This document shows positions 38,526 to 51,185 of a DNA stretch of 64,000 bases, in pieces. Below the pieces are notes generated by a model that had not been told where the DNA came from, searched no databases, and was given only the letters and a program-made list of their open reading frames with translations. Origin of the DNA: Anolis carolinensis (Eukaryota); contig NC_085841.1 of NCBI RefSeq assembly GCF_035594765.1, positions 161,247,574 through 161,311,573 on the forward strand, in the 5' to 3' direction. Every line of letters starts with the position of its first letter. Within the stretch, counting starts at the first letter, position 1. Made by a program: the position numbers and the translations under genes.

Positions 38526-38951
38526 CTATGTAAAGAAGTTGAGAGTCTTGAATACGGTCTACTGAACATAGTTTAAGCATACTGCCTCTTAACTGTACAG
38601 TAATAATAAAAAAAAACTCAGAATACTTAAATAACGCCTGAATATTTGCATTTTGGCAGCCTCATCCTAACAATATATTTTCAAAAGCACAAACAATCAT
38701 GACCTGCCATAGTATTTTATGAATGCAGCTTTGATTACCCATCAGCAGGAAGAATTACTGAATGGCAATTTATACCTCTTCAAGCCAAACTGTCATCACT
38801 ATCTAGCATGGTTATAGTAATATTAGGGAATTGAGAGATACCAACCTTTGATTCATGTCTTCCTATTATCTCTTCAAAAAATAAAAAATAGGTAAGAATA
38901 CAAAAGCACAAAAGAATCCTTCAGAGGGCTTTCACTGAAGTGGTCAGTCTG

Positions 38952-39182
38952 TAGAATCATAGAACAATAGAGTTGGAAGAGACCTCATGGGTCATCCAGT
39001 CCAACCCCCTTCCAAGAAGCAGGAAAATTGCATTCAAAGCACCCCGATAATGGCCATCCAGCCTCTGCTTAAAAGCCTCCAAAGAAGGAGCCTCCGCCAC
39101 TCCGGGGGAGAGTTCCACTGCCGAACAGCCCTCACAGTGAGGAAGTTCTTCCTGATGTTCAGGTGGAATCTCCTTTCCTGTA
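38952..39182 (-). mobile_element. CR1 LINE 3' fragment
   Basis: Same sequence family as 25470-25850 (AEAPSLEAFKQRLDGH). Confidence 0.88.
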
Positions 39183-40269
39183 TCTGGGTTATACATCTTG
39201 AGGTTATAGGTCTTCCATATAAAAATCAAAACTAAACAAAATCAGAATATCTCTACACATGAGGATAATAATATATCAAGGAAGAATCGCCTAACTGCAA
39301 ACTATACTGTAGTTAGGATTAATTGCTCTGTTAACTGGCAAGCCTCCTTCGCTTTTATAGTATACACATATAGACTGATTTTAAACTCTTTTTTCTGCAA
39401 TTTCTATTCAAAAGCATCTTTCTGTAGCTTGGGCAAAATCTAGTGCACAAATACATTCTGAATACAGCTTGTTGTTTGGTTTTCTAAAACAACAATATTT
39501 TTATCTTCAGCCTACATTCCTATGGCTACTCAAGGGTAGCAAGTACCGTTGATAGCTATATAGAACTGCATTGCAGACAAGTACTTCACCTTAAATGATC
39601 TTTGCTTTCCATGCAAACCAATTTGTTAACCCGACTACAATTGCAAAGATGAACCTGTGAACCTACCAAATACAATGCAGTAGTTTTCTGTTCTGTGTAC
39701 AAGAAAGAAATTGGGGCGAGGAGCGAGATCTGACTTTAGAGATCGAGCACTGTGAGAAAACAGGCCAAGCAAGCATGTAAAATACTCTTCCTACAGTGAA
39801 GGCATTTTAAGTTCAAAGGGGGAGTCAGGTTCATGCACCTGTCCTTGGTTATATAAAGGCTCCACTTAGTTGTAAGCCATTCTGTTGCAGCTGCTACAGC
39901 AAGACAATTACTTTGCCGCTCATGTGTACGTATGAATTATGCAACAGTAGAAAAAAATCAAATAATTCAAGTACTTAATTCTGGGTTTTTTTTCTTAGTG
40001 ACTTTAATAAATCCATCCTGGTTGCGTAGACGAAATGGACACTAGCAGAAGTGGAGGGAAATCTTCATGATTCCTCATCCTCTGTGTAGCCATAAAAATA
40101 TTGCTGGGCTGAGGAAATGAGGGCAGAGAGCTTCCAGGTCAGTTATGGAAGCTGTGTTAGAGTTATGTAAGGAAATATGAGCCGCATCTTCTCCTTCCTG
40201 CTATATGAGTCTCCAGAAGACCAAGAGGCCCTTCTGTCCACAAAAGAGAAGGTATAAATCCAACTGTTT

Positions 40270-40536
40270 GCAGTGGCACAACAGGTTAAACCCTTGTGCC
40301 AGCTGGACTGCTGACCTGAAGGTTGGGTTGCTGACCTGAAGGTTGCTAGTTCAAATCTGTGAAACTGACTGAGCTCCTGTCTGTTAGCTCTAGCTTGTGG
40401 GGACATGAGAGAAGCCTGCCAGCAGGATGGTAACACATCCGGGCATCCCCTGGGCAACATCTCTGTAAATGGCCAACTCTCTCACACCAGAAGTGACTTA
40501 CAGTATGTTTTCAAGTCGATTCTGACACAATAAAAA
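40270..40536 (+). mobile_element. tRNA-derived SINE (lizard SINE2-type)
   Basis: A-box-like TGGCACAACAGG, B-box-like AGTTCAAATC, A-rich tail; reverse-complement similarity to 46180-46437. Confidence 0.7.
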
Positions 40537-40911
40537 CAAATCTGTGCCAGTTGCACAAAAAATGTAGATGGGGATATGTATTCAGGTACAGCCTAGCTAG
40601 AGGTTATATAAAGATCTGCCACAAAAGGAGTATAGGAGAATAACTAGTCTAAAATCCACTTGAAAACACACACACACACCTTGCAGTTCACATGGCAGCT
40701 AACTATCCAGTCTACCCTCTGCTTAAATGCTTCCTGCAAAGATGAGGCCACTGCTTCTGGAAGCAGTTTGTTCCCTTGTCAAAGAGCTTTTACTATTAAG
40801 ATGTGCAGCGGGTCCATCCGTAATCCACAAAGTCAACTCACAACATGGTCAATACTGTACACATGAACCTGTGGTGGGGAGATTGCTGGTTGGTTGCTTG
40901 CTTCTTCCCCC

Positions 40912-41172
40912 ATTTAGGAAGCAACCAGGCTTTGAATCTGCAAGGCCATTAAATGCTAATCAAGGTGATTAATTACAACATTCATACTTGTCTCCAACAG
41001 ACAAGAGTTCTTTCTCCCACCCAGGACCTTCCACAGATATTTTAACCCCACTTTCCTAGTTATCCAACAAACCTCACAACCTCTGAGGATGTCTGCCATA
41101 GATGTGGGCGAAACGTCAGGAGAGAATGCTTCTAGAACATGGCCATACAGCCCGGAAAACTCACAGCAACCC
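40912..41172 (+). mobile_element. Penelope pLTR fragment
   Basis: CTCTGAGGATGTCTGCCATAGATGTGGGCGAAACGTCAGGAG motif shared with the other Penelope copies. Confidence 0.8.
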
Positions 41173-41379
41173 GTTTTTTTTTTAATGGATCGCACATCCC
41201 TAGTAGTTAAAGTCGTGTCGAGCCGTATTAATCCTACAGTGTATTCACCCCATGACTCTGGTTCAAACCCCCACACGGCCATGGAAACCCAGTCGGTGAC
41301 CTTGGACAAGTCACATACTTTCAGCCCAGAAGGAAAGCAGATTCACTCATCCGAACCAATATTACCAAGAAGGCCCCTT

Positions 41380-41830
41380 TAAGACGGTCGCCATGACTCA
41401 GAAATGGCTGGAAGGCAACAAACCTCTTGTTCTTCCGAAGCCGGCGCAGCGGCCTCTCTCCCTCGCCTCGGCTTTCCCCGGAAACAGAAGCAAAGGCGCG
41501 GGGACTCCACTTCCCAGGGTGCATCGGGAGCACCAAGGCTTTTGACTAACGAGTCACGTTTCCCGGCGCATGGTGGGAAATGGATTTCAAGTCATGCTGA
41601 AGCTAGCTTTCGAAGTAGGTTACTGCTAGAACTGGAAGATAATTGCCCAGAAGCTGCAAACGTAAACCGCGATTGGCTGCCGTCTGTCACGTGACGTAGA
41701 TGTACGAGAAGTGTCCTTGATTCAAATCCTTTGTCGTCATTTTGGAATCGGGCGGAAGACACTGACTCTTCCCTTGGAAAGACAGCGCAGCGAGCGGCCT
41801 CCCCTTTGAGTGGGGCGGGTCAGAGGAGGG
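41380..41830. promoter_or_regulatory. CpG-rich bidirectional promoter of MKKS (-) and SLX4IP (+)
   Basis: The only non-TE CpG-dense stretch between the divergent genes. Two opposed ZNF143/SBS-like sites (41504-41528, 41563-41587), CCGGAA ETS core near 41478, reverse CCAAT 41672-41676, palindromic E-box GTCACGTGAC 41686-41695, GC box 41812-41819. Candidate MKKS exon-1 donor GAG|gtttgt at 41424/41423. Confidence 0.75.
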
Positions 41831-41979
41831 CTCTCCATACCGAATTTCCTATTCCTGTCTTTTTTTTTTTTTGAAGCTTTGGCGCTCTTTTGGTCATCTG
41901 GATTAAAGAGATAGCGGCTCACATGGAAAGCACGGATCCTGTCCATCCAAGGTTTTCGCTTTTTTTTTTTTTTACAAAA

Positions 41980-42651
41980 AAGGTTGGGCATCCCTCATCC
42001 CAAATACTTCACGTTTTTTGGGCGACGACTAAGGGCCCTTCCACACATCCCTATATCCCAGAATGTCAAGGCAGATAGTCTACAATATCTGCTTTGAACT
42101 GGGTTATCTGAGTCCACACTGCCAGATATCCCAGTTCAAAGCAGATACTGAGGGATTTTCTGCCTTGACATTCTAGGATATAGGGCTGTGTGGAAGGGCC
42201 CAGAGGCCCCTTCCACACAGCTGAATAAAAGCCCACAATATCTGCTTTGAATTGGATCAAATTGCAGTGTGGACTCAGATAACCCAGTTCAAAGCAGATA
42301 CTGTGGGATTTTCTGCCTTGATATTCTGGGTTATATGGCTGTGTGGAAGGGCCCTGAGTCTACACTGCCATATAATCTAGTTCAATGTGGATTTTATACA
42401 GCTGTGTGGAAGAGGCTTGAGATACCTTTGAATTCTGGTGGTTCAGTAGACCACCAGCTTTGTTTCATACACAACATGGTTTTAAAATATCGTGTGTAAA
42501 ATGACTTATGTAGTGAAGGTTGTATATAAAGCCTAACTTTTTATTTAGACTGGGGTATTCCATCTCTAAGATATCTAATTCGGAATATGCACGTATTCCA
42601 AAATCTGAAATTTGGTGCCCAAGCATTTTGGAGAAGGGATGCTCAACCTGT
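41980..42651. mobile_element. Tigger/pogo-type MITE interrupted by Harbinger MITEs
   Basis: Ends AGGTTGGGCATCCCT / AGGGATGCTCAACCTG enclose the 42033-42417 cluster. Confidence 0.6.
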
Positions 42652-43330
42652 GTAGGCTCTGATCTGTATAGCCCTGTTTGTTGTGTCTAGGATGGATTTG
42701 TATGGATAGCATATACAAATACATGTATGTTTGTCTGTCTGTCTTATCTGTCTCTGTAGCCTCATTCACACAGCTGAATAACATCCCACATTTTCTGCTT
42801 TGAACTGGAATATATAGCAGTGTGGACTCAGATATCCAAGTTCAAAGCAGATGTGGGATTTTCTGCCTTGATATTCTGGGTTATATGACTGTGTGGGAGG
42901 GCCCTAAGACTACACTGCCATATAATACAGTCCAGTGAAGTTAAACCACATTCTGAAATTGCATTATATAACCGTTTAGATGGGGCCCGAGTCAGATTGT
43001 CTGTCATTCTAACTGCTATGTAATCCAGATTATCAAAGCAAATAATCCACATTATCTACTTTGAACTGGATTATATGAGTCTATTATGAGTGGAGATGGC
43101 TGTCCACAGGTGTTTCAGGCTCCATCTACATTGCCATATAAAATCCAGATTTGCTTTGAACTGTATTTTATATGGCATTGTAGCTGGTGTTTCCACACAC
43201 CATATAACCCAGAATATCAAGGCAGAAAATCCCACAATATCTGTTTTGAACTGTGTTATACTGTCATATACTGTCATATATTCCAGTTCAAAGCAGAATA
43301 TGTGGGATTCTCTTCATCTGCGTAGAAGGG
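42033..43330. mobile_element. Cluster of PIF/Harbinger-type MITEs (at least 4-5 copies, tandem or nested)
   Basis: Repeated GGGCCCTTCCACAC / GTGTGGAAGGGCCC termini (42033-42201, 42205-42354, about 42758-42904, about 43190-43330) and recurring TTCAAAGCAGATA motifs. Confidence 0.75.
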
Positions 43331-43879
43331 GCAAATTCAAATGCAAAAAGGAATAAATTAACAAATAACTATATTGTTAAGCTTTCTCTCCTTTACAAAA
43401 TCAGTTGTTACTCCATTGGTCCTAAGTATTCATACTCAAGTGCAGTACAGTTATACTTCAACGAAAATAAAAACTGCTGATGTAAGATGTATTAGGCATG
43501 TCTCTTTGCATATACTGTACTACCTTTTTAAAAAGTGGAAGTAGATGTTATTCTCTCCATATGGACAGAAATATTCTAGTATGGTTATAGCCACATGAAG
43601 CTTTGAATACCTTTGATTGTAATAGTTAAACCCCATGTACTTAATCATGTAAAGCACTGGAAATTTTTCCAGAAAACTCCATTACTATTAGGCGCAATTA
43701 CACTACAATCACGATGCTGGACCTCATCAATATGATTAAGTCCTTACCTCCACACTAAGTCAAGGAATACTCTGGAGTTTGGACAAAACTCTGGAGCATC
43801 TCCACAGTTTGGGAACAGATGACCCAGATGGAAAGATGACCCAGACTGTTATGTGGATAAAGTTGGAGGATATTTGGAC

Positions 43880-44055
43880 GAACGGATTTTAAGCATATAT
43901 GTTTTATATTTTATACTGTATTTAATTGGTTGTAATATATTTTTATATGTTGTTGTTTTTAATGATGTATTGGCATCGAATTGTTGCCAATTGTACGCTG
44001 CCCTGAGTCCCTTCGGGTGAGAAGGGCGGGATAGAAATATTGTAAATAAATAAAA
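43880..44055 (+). mobile_element. L2-like LINE 3' end
   Basis: CGCTGCCCTGAGTCCCTTCGGGTGAGAAGGGCGGG followed by a (TAAA)n tail. Confidence 0.6.
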
Positions 44056-44343
44056 TACAAGACTTGGTGCGAAAAATGGAATGGAAAAATGCCTTTATGG
44101 AGATGAGAAGGAATGACATGAATAGGAATCTTCAAATATCTGAAGAACTATCAGGGAGGTGCATTTCGGAGAGTAAGACTAAACCCAGCTGGCAGTAATG
44201 ACTATTGAGCATGAAGAAATGTCCCAATGGCAAGAGCCATTGGGCAGTGGGGCTAACTGCCTCAGAACGTGATGGATTCTTCTAGGTTGGAGGCATTCAC
44301 CAGTGAGAACGGTAGTTTCAGAAGAAGTATTCTTTCTTTAATG

Positions 44344-44932
44344 CAGTGGTTCCCAGCCTGTGTTCTATGGACCACCAGAGGTTCCCAAGAATTAAAATAT
44401 GGTCTGCAGCCTCACCGTTACTACACCGCAACCAGAGTGTACACTGCAACCAGAGTGACTGGTCTTGCGAAACCCTCTTATAGTGCCAAGGCAGTGAGGA
44501 TGTCGGGAGGGGAGAGGCTCACTACCCTCAATAGGTGCGACAACAAACCTTCTGACTGCTGCTTCTCCTCCTTCTTCCTCCTGAATGGAGCCATTTCATG
44601 TAGCAACTGGAGGTGAGGGCTCCTTGGTATCTTTGTTTTTAGGCTTGTTCCTGGGGTTGTTTTGGGTGCTGATTCAGAAAATTGTATTAGATATACAACA
44701 TCAGCTCTAGATTATGAAACATGGTTTTCTGTGGGTGAGCAGATGGCGACTATTGGATGACTTATGTTCTGTATCAGAAACTAGAGCTGATGTGGTCTAT
44801 CCAATGCAATTTTCTGACTTAGCACCCCAAATAACCAAACTGAATCTAAAGTTGATCAAAAACTGATTTGTAAAACTTTTGATACTAATGTTGGAAAGTG
44901 GTCCCTGGTCAAAAAAAGGTTGGAAACCACCG
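44344..44932. mobile_element. hAT (Charlie-like) non-autonomous element
   Basis: TIRs CAGTGGTTCCCAGCCT / AGGTTGGAAACCACCG; perfect 8-bp TSD CTTTAATG. Confidence 0.85.
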
Positions 44933-44967
44933 CTTTAATGGAATTGTTAAGTATAAGTCTAGATATA

Positions 44968-45290
44968 CAGTAGAGTCTCACTTATCCAAGCTAAACGGGC
45001 TGGCAGAAGCTTGGATAAGCGAATATCTTGGATAATAAGGAGGGATTAAGGAAAAGCCTATTAAACATCAAATTAGGTTATGATTTTACAAATCAAACAC
45101 CAGAACATCATGTTATACAACAAATTTGACAGAAAAAGTAGTTCAATATGCAGTAATGTTATGTTGTAATTACTGTATTTACGAATTTAGCACCAAAATA
45201 TCATGATATATTGAAAATATTGACTACAAAAATGGCTTGGATAATCCAGAGGCTTGGATAAGGGGGGCTTGAATAAGTGAGACTCTACTG
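44968..45290. mobile_element. Tc1/mariner MITE, copy 3
   Basis: CAGTAGAGTCTCACTTAT TIRs; TA TSD. Confidence 0.88.
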
Positions 45291-46179
45291 TATGTCTGTT
45301 TGTCTGCTATACTGGCTTCAGATATCTCATTTGATAGGAAGGCAAGCTCATATAACCCTACACCTGCAATATAGGGATAATATAGCTAAACTAATGTGGC
45401 TGTAGGAAGATAATGTGGCTATGCACAGGTAATGTATATAGAATGGTTTGAAATCTCTACATCTGTAAATCAGGAGTTGGGAGCTTGTATATTGGACTCG
45501 AGCTCCCATCAGCCCTAGTCAGCATGGACAGTCATTAGGAATTATGTATTCCAGCAGTATTAGTAAGCCTACCAAAAGTAGAATATTAAAATAATACATT
45601 TTAATTGGTTTTATGACTAAGAGCCCATTGCATCAGAATGAATAGGGTGTTGTACACATTGACAGATTATTAGGGGAAGGATGTAGAAACTGAAATTTAA
45701 AAAGAACACATAGTAGTCATGTCTAAGAAATACAAAATCTTTCTATTTAAGGAAAATTGGTGATCTGCGATGTATGGAGAAAACCCAGATATTTTCACCA
45801 GAGGTGGGTGGGAGCACTTCCAGACATAGCCAGGCACATTACATCAAAGAACAATTAGAGCAGAAGTTATAAAGCTCTAGTTTTATGTAACTATCAACTT
45901 GCCCTGCAGTGATAATTTTACTGAACACTAGATGTTGCTGTTGCATTACAAGGAAAAAATTTTCTTACAAAATAGAATTCTGAACTGAAAATGACAAAGA
46001 TTGAGAAGACCTCTGACTTACTCCAGATGTGAGCCTTCATTCATGTAGGTGTAATAATAATAATAATAATATATGGATTCCCCCCCCCCATAGAGTGGGA
46101 CAGATAACAACATATTAAATTGCAACATTTACTATCAGTTAGAAACACATAGCACACAAATAAATTAAAACACCAGTTT

Positions 46180-46437
46180 TTTTTCATATCAGGAGCAACT
46201 TGAGTCACTTCTGGAGTGAGAGTATTGGCTGTCTGCAAGGACGTTGCCCAGGGGAAGCCCGGATGTTTTGATGTTTTTACCATCCTTGTGGGAGGCTTCT
46301 CTCATGTCCCTGCATGGAGCTGGAGCTGACAGAGGGAGCTCATCTGCACTCTCCCTGGGTGGGATTCGAACCTGGCAGCTTTCAGGTCAGCAACCCAACC
46401 TTCAAGTCACTTAGTCCACTACGCCATCTGGGGGCTC
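46180..46437 (-). mobile_element. tRNA-derived SINE (lizard SINE2-type)
   Basis: B box (GGGATTCGAACC on +), T-run tail, flanking direct repeat AAAACACCAGTTT (46167-46179, 46443-46455). Confidence 0.75.
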
Positions 46438-46477
46438 AGAAAAAAACACCAGTTTAAAAGAACATATACAATCAATA

Positions 46478-46800
46478 CAGTAGAGTCTCACTAATCCAAG
46501 CCTCGCTTATCCAAGCCTCTGGATAATCCAAGCCATTTTTGTAGTCAATGTTTCCAAAATATCGTGATATTTTGGTGCTAAATTCGTAAATACAGTAATT
46601 ACAACATAACATTACTGCGTATTGAACTACTTTTTCTGTCAAATTTGTTGTATAACATGAAGTTTTGGTGCTTAATTTGTAAAATCATAACCTAATTTGA
46701 TGTTTAATAGGCTTTTCCTTGATCAGTCCTTATAATCCAAGATATTCGCTTATCCAAGCTTCTGCCGACCCGTTTAGCTTGGATAAGTGAGACTCTACTG
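46478..46800. mobile_element. Tc1/mariner MITE, copy 4 (inverted relative to copy 3)
   Basis: Same TIRs; TA TSD. Confidence 0.88.
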
Positions 46801-47347
46801 TACATATTAAAACAACCAATACATAATTTAAAATTCATAATTAAAATGTTTATGGTCAGGACTGCTGGGAAATACTGTTTTTTCTTATGTTATGGCTTTT
46901 ACATTTTTCTTTTTGGTTGACTGTGGAACTGTAATGTAATGCCAACATAGCATCCTCTCTTCCCCAGGGAGCTGATCATGGAAAGATACAGTCAAACTTG
47001 TGTTTGCTTCCATGATCTACTTTACCTCCTTTCCCACCCTTCTCTGTTCAGGGACACATAGACATTCTGATATGGGAGGAAGTGGTCTTTCAGATATCCT
47101 GCTCCCAAGGGCTTTGTAAGTCATGATTTCTTTGCATTGAAATGAACTGGAAGCAATCTGAACATGCGGTGTTGTGTAGTTTCTGGGCTGTATGGCTGTG
47201 ACATAGCAGCATTTTTTCCTGATATTTTGCATTCATCTGTGGCTAATATCTTTAGCTAGAAACAAAATGGGGGGATGGAGATGATTAAAATGGGTTTTTT
47301 TTAGCAAACCATGAAGCACAAAATAATTTACATTCTATGACTCATTC

Positions 47348-47592
47348 TATTATTTATTTATTTATTTATTTATTTTTCAAACTTATATGCCACCACTCCC
47401 CTAGGGCTCGGAGCGGCTTACAAGAACCGGCTAAAATCAACAATTTAAAAAACATCTTAAAAACATCTTCAAAAACATCTTAAAAACATCCTAAAAGCAC
47501 CTTTTAAAACATCAACAACAGAACTCAAAAGCCTGTCGAAACAGATGTGTCTTACATGCCCTGGGGAAGGCCAACAAGTCCCGCAAGGCACT
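47348..47592 (-). mobile_element. L2-like LINE 3' fragment with internal AAAAACATCTT tandem repeats
   Basis: (TTTA)n tail, 3'-end stem motif, about 5 copies of an 11-12 nt unit at 47447-47513. Confidence 0.6.
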
Positions 47593-47974
47593 TTGTATTT
47601 TAGCTACAAAGTTTCAAGTCTCAAAAATCTCTGAAAATGACTGTTCTGCGTCCATGCTATCTAACTGCTTGGAAGGTGAACTGGTTGCATAGGGAACAGA
47701 TTGTGAAATTTATTTAAATTTAAGTTTAGCCAAACAGTCAACAAGGATTTAAAAACTGATAACAGCTTCAACCCCTTTCTCCTGGTAAAGTCCTCATAAG
47801 ATAAAGTCCTTGAGAGAGAGGGGCTCTAAATTACTTCTCTGATGTTCTTCTTATTGGTGTCTGTTTCCACTTTGTCCTGGTCATGGACTGTAATAAAGTT
47901 TTGTTGTGGATGGTGGTGGTGTCTGTTTATCTTTGGAGTGATTCTCATATTTGACTTTGTAGTAACTGACTTGA

Positions 47975-48997
47975 CTATGACATGCTATTTTGTGAAGTTG
48001 AAAATGACTTCTCATTTATTGCTGTTGACACTGGCAATGCAGAAATCTGGAGAAGTTCCTTCATATTCAGAAAAAAAAACTGTATATCCCAGACAAGATA
48101 CCCTTCCAGTACATTTGATGGTTTTTCTGTAGCTGTAGTCTTTTCCATTTTCTGCACCACCTGTAAAATTTTTCCATCAGTTTGTCAGTATCTTGAAATT
48201 ATTCATTTTAAAGTTCTAGGCACTTGTTCAAGTTGGATTTTCAATGGCCACAATTAATACGAAGGAACACTTGCAATTCCTGAACTATTTCCCTGTGCCT
48301 TATAAACTTTTCTTGAAGCTGACTGCAGAAAAGGTTCAGAAATGGGATATAGACATTTAGCCTATATTTTTCCTTTGCTGTTGGTCAAGTTGCCTGCATG
48401 TTGCTTTTACAAGTCTGCCTTTAACAGATGTGAGGAATCATAAGTTCTCCACCCATGTACTCTACCACTTATCTTGCTGTGTCAAAGATCTCCTGAAATT
48501 ATTTAACAGATTCTGTGTGCATCTCCCTGGCTTTTTCTAAGAGACTTTTGACTTGTTGTAGTCAACAGAAAATGACCATATCTACTCTTTGTAATGTTTT
48601 GCTAAGCTCAAGGGATGATGACAGAAGCTTTCTTAAGATGTGCATGGTTACTAGAAATTTAGCATTCAAAACAACTGAAAGAAGGTGTCCAGCTTGGGAA
48701 GAAGTTTCACTGTTATATAGAAGACTCTTTTAGTTCTTCAAGTGTTCTTACCAACGCACTGTATAGTTCAACAAAATGTAAAAATGCATCATGTCGCTCA
48801 AGCCAACAGGTTTCACAAAGCGACAACAGGTTGTTTGCTTTTGATTCAGGGAGACAGTCTTTTATATTTTTCTTCAGCATTTCCAATCCGATTGATGATG
48901 CTGTGAAGAAATTGCACACAGATGATATTGTTCCTTGGCAGTTTCTGACAGGTGGTATATCTTTGCTAAGGCTAGATTTAGTGAATGTAGATAGCAA
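47975..48997 (-). pseudogene. Decayed hAT transposase (Tip100/THAP12-PRKRIR-like)
   Basis: LCETCWLERHDAFLHFVELYSALVRTLEEL (cf. the hAT L.ETRW..R.DA motif) and, about 600 nt downstream, LLQISALPVSTAINEKSFST (hATC dimerisation motif); broken by stops and frameshifts. Confidence 0.8.
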
Positions 48998-50382
48998 TTG
49001 GATACTTCTGCAATATCATTGCTTGTGCAACAACAAGCTAGCAATCAGTTGCACAGTAAGACAGCTGTTTGGAATGACACACAGCTGCTGCTTTCATGCC
49101 TTCCTTTTTACCCCCAGTGGGAGGAGCAAGAAGGTGAATGTAAGAGAGCGGTCTGAAAGGGGAGAGAGCAAGAGACCAGTGATGTGACTACTTTCAGGTG
49201 TTTTTCCTATAATATTTCAAAAACTATTAAAGATAATTACATGAGATAAAAAATAATGAAACTACATAATCAGTTCTATAATTGTGCTCAAATTTCATGA
49301 AAAACGCTTGGTAGAATCAGAGATAAAGCATTTTGAAAGATCTCTTATACATATATTTTCACTTTTAATTGGAATATTCAAATGACCCATACATATGATT
49401 ATATTCTTTGAAACTACATAAAATACCTTTAATCTCGTACCTAGTTATTCAAAAATACTTGATTATTTAGGAGAAATTAAATTATAAACTTTTAAAGCAA
49501 GCACAAATTATCATAGTGATTATATACCTGGAAACATCGTGAAATGTATTTTTTACGTTTTTCTTATGGAGTTTAACCTGGGCAGTCCAATTTTGATGTC
49601 AGTTTTGGTGGATTGCATTATCTTGATGGCAAAAATGTTAATTAAACATCCATGACATCAAAACTTAGTTGCTTCTCTTATGGCTGCTATTGCAATGTAA
49701 ATTGGTGGAAAGATAGGTAATTATAGTGTGAATTAATTAACAAAATTTGTTTGAGATAGTGATTACAGTTCTGGAGGAACGCTAATTTTTGCTTCTCATA
49801 GACTTAGCATGGGGATTTGGTTAATTCAAAGATTTGGCCTCCAGGTATTTTGGACTTCATCTCCCACAGTTCCTAACAGCCAGTAAATTGGCTGGGATTT
49901 CTGGAAGTTGAAGTCCAAAACACCTAGATGCCCAAAGGTTGGGAACCGCTAGATTAACCAGTTAAAATTCACCGGCCCAGGGTGGTGGTGGTGGTGGTGA
50001 ACCCATAAACTACGCCCTTGACTACAGACTTACTCTCTGGCATCCATGTATGTGACATGAGAGTCCACAGGGAGGAAACATTACGTGAATGGATTTCTAC
50101 AGCGTATTTCTTTCCTTATAGATATCAGCTGTGTTGGTATGGTTCTACTCCCACTGACATGAAAAGAGCTATCCTGGAGCTGTGTGCCCCACATAAAGGT
50201 TTACATTTCCATGGAGCTTGGCCTATTCTCAGATGTTGAAGGCTGTATTAGGAAGAAATCTGTGGAGTTCTACTTCATTTCAAACATGCGGAAGAGCTCC
50301 AGCAATATGGCTTAGCTGCTACTGTGCCAATAAAATCCTTAACATATGATACATCATAATGAGGGATTTAGTCCCACTAAAG

Positions 50383-50517
50383 CAGTGGTTCTCAACCTGG
50401 GGTCCCCAGATCTTTTTGGCCTTCAACTCTCAGAAATCCTAACCGCTAGTAAACTGACAGGGATATCTGGGAGTTGTAGGCCAAAAACATCTGGGGACCC
50501 CAGGTTGAGAACCACTG
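50383..50517. mobile_element. Short palindromic hAT MITE (related partial copies at about 49833-49950 and 56501-56618)
   Basis: Perfect 28-bp TIR CAGTGGTTCTCAACCTGGGGTCCCCAGA; flanks CACTAAAG / CACCAAAT. Confidence 0.85.
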
Positions 50518-51185
50518 CACCAAATGAAGGAAATAGTCCTGGATTTCAAGAGCACAGCATGACTTTCTCTTCTGCCTTGTGGAGGAGGTGATCCTTGCCC
50601 TGAGCAAGCTGGGATATGGCTGAAATAACATTTAGGAATAAAGCTTCTAATTGAAAGGGCATGGAGTTGATCTGGCATTTTTCTGAAAGCAGGACTTTAA
50701 TTTAAAGTTGCAGTGTAAGTGTTTTGCATGTGAAATTGCGGTTCCTGAACTTATATTGGATGCACTTAGATCTTCTTTATCTGCTTCAGGATCAAGCTTT
50801 TCAGATAGCTGTCAGTATGACATTCAGAAATTTATTGTGCTTTGTATATGATCTTGCTGAAGTCTCTGATACCACAGTACATTTAAAGATGTCATTGTTT
50901 TCCATCCTCTCTCTGCCATCCTTTTATGTGGCAAGCATACAGAGTATTGGAAAAGAGGGAGGGACTCCAATTTCATAGCTGGCAGCTACAAATGTTAAGC
51001 ACAGGGGATTTCTCTAAGGCTGCTTGATCTACCTGCTTTACTCAATTGGTGATAAGTTACAACTTTATCCTTATATGGGGCAGAGTGGTGGTTTATAAAG
51101 CACGTCATTGATAGATCATAGCGGTTCTGAAATTTCCACTGTAACCCATATACCGGTAGCATCTGTTACTGCAATAATAGCATAG

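Noticed and set aside
42033-43330. CRISPR-like repeat array
   Set aside because: Eukaryotic DNA; repeats are irregular, occur in both orientations and match MITE termini dispersed elsewhere in the window.
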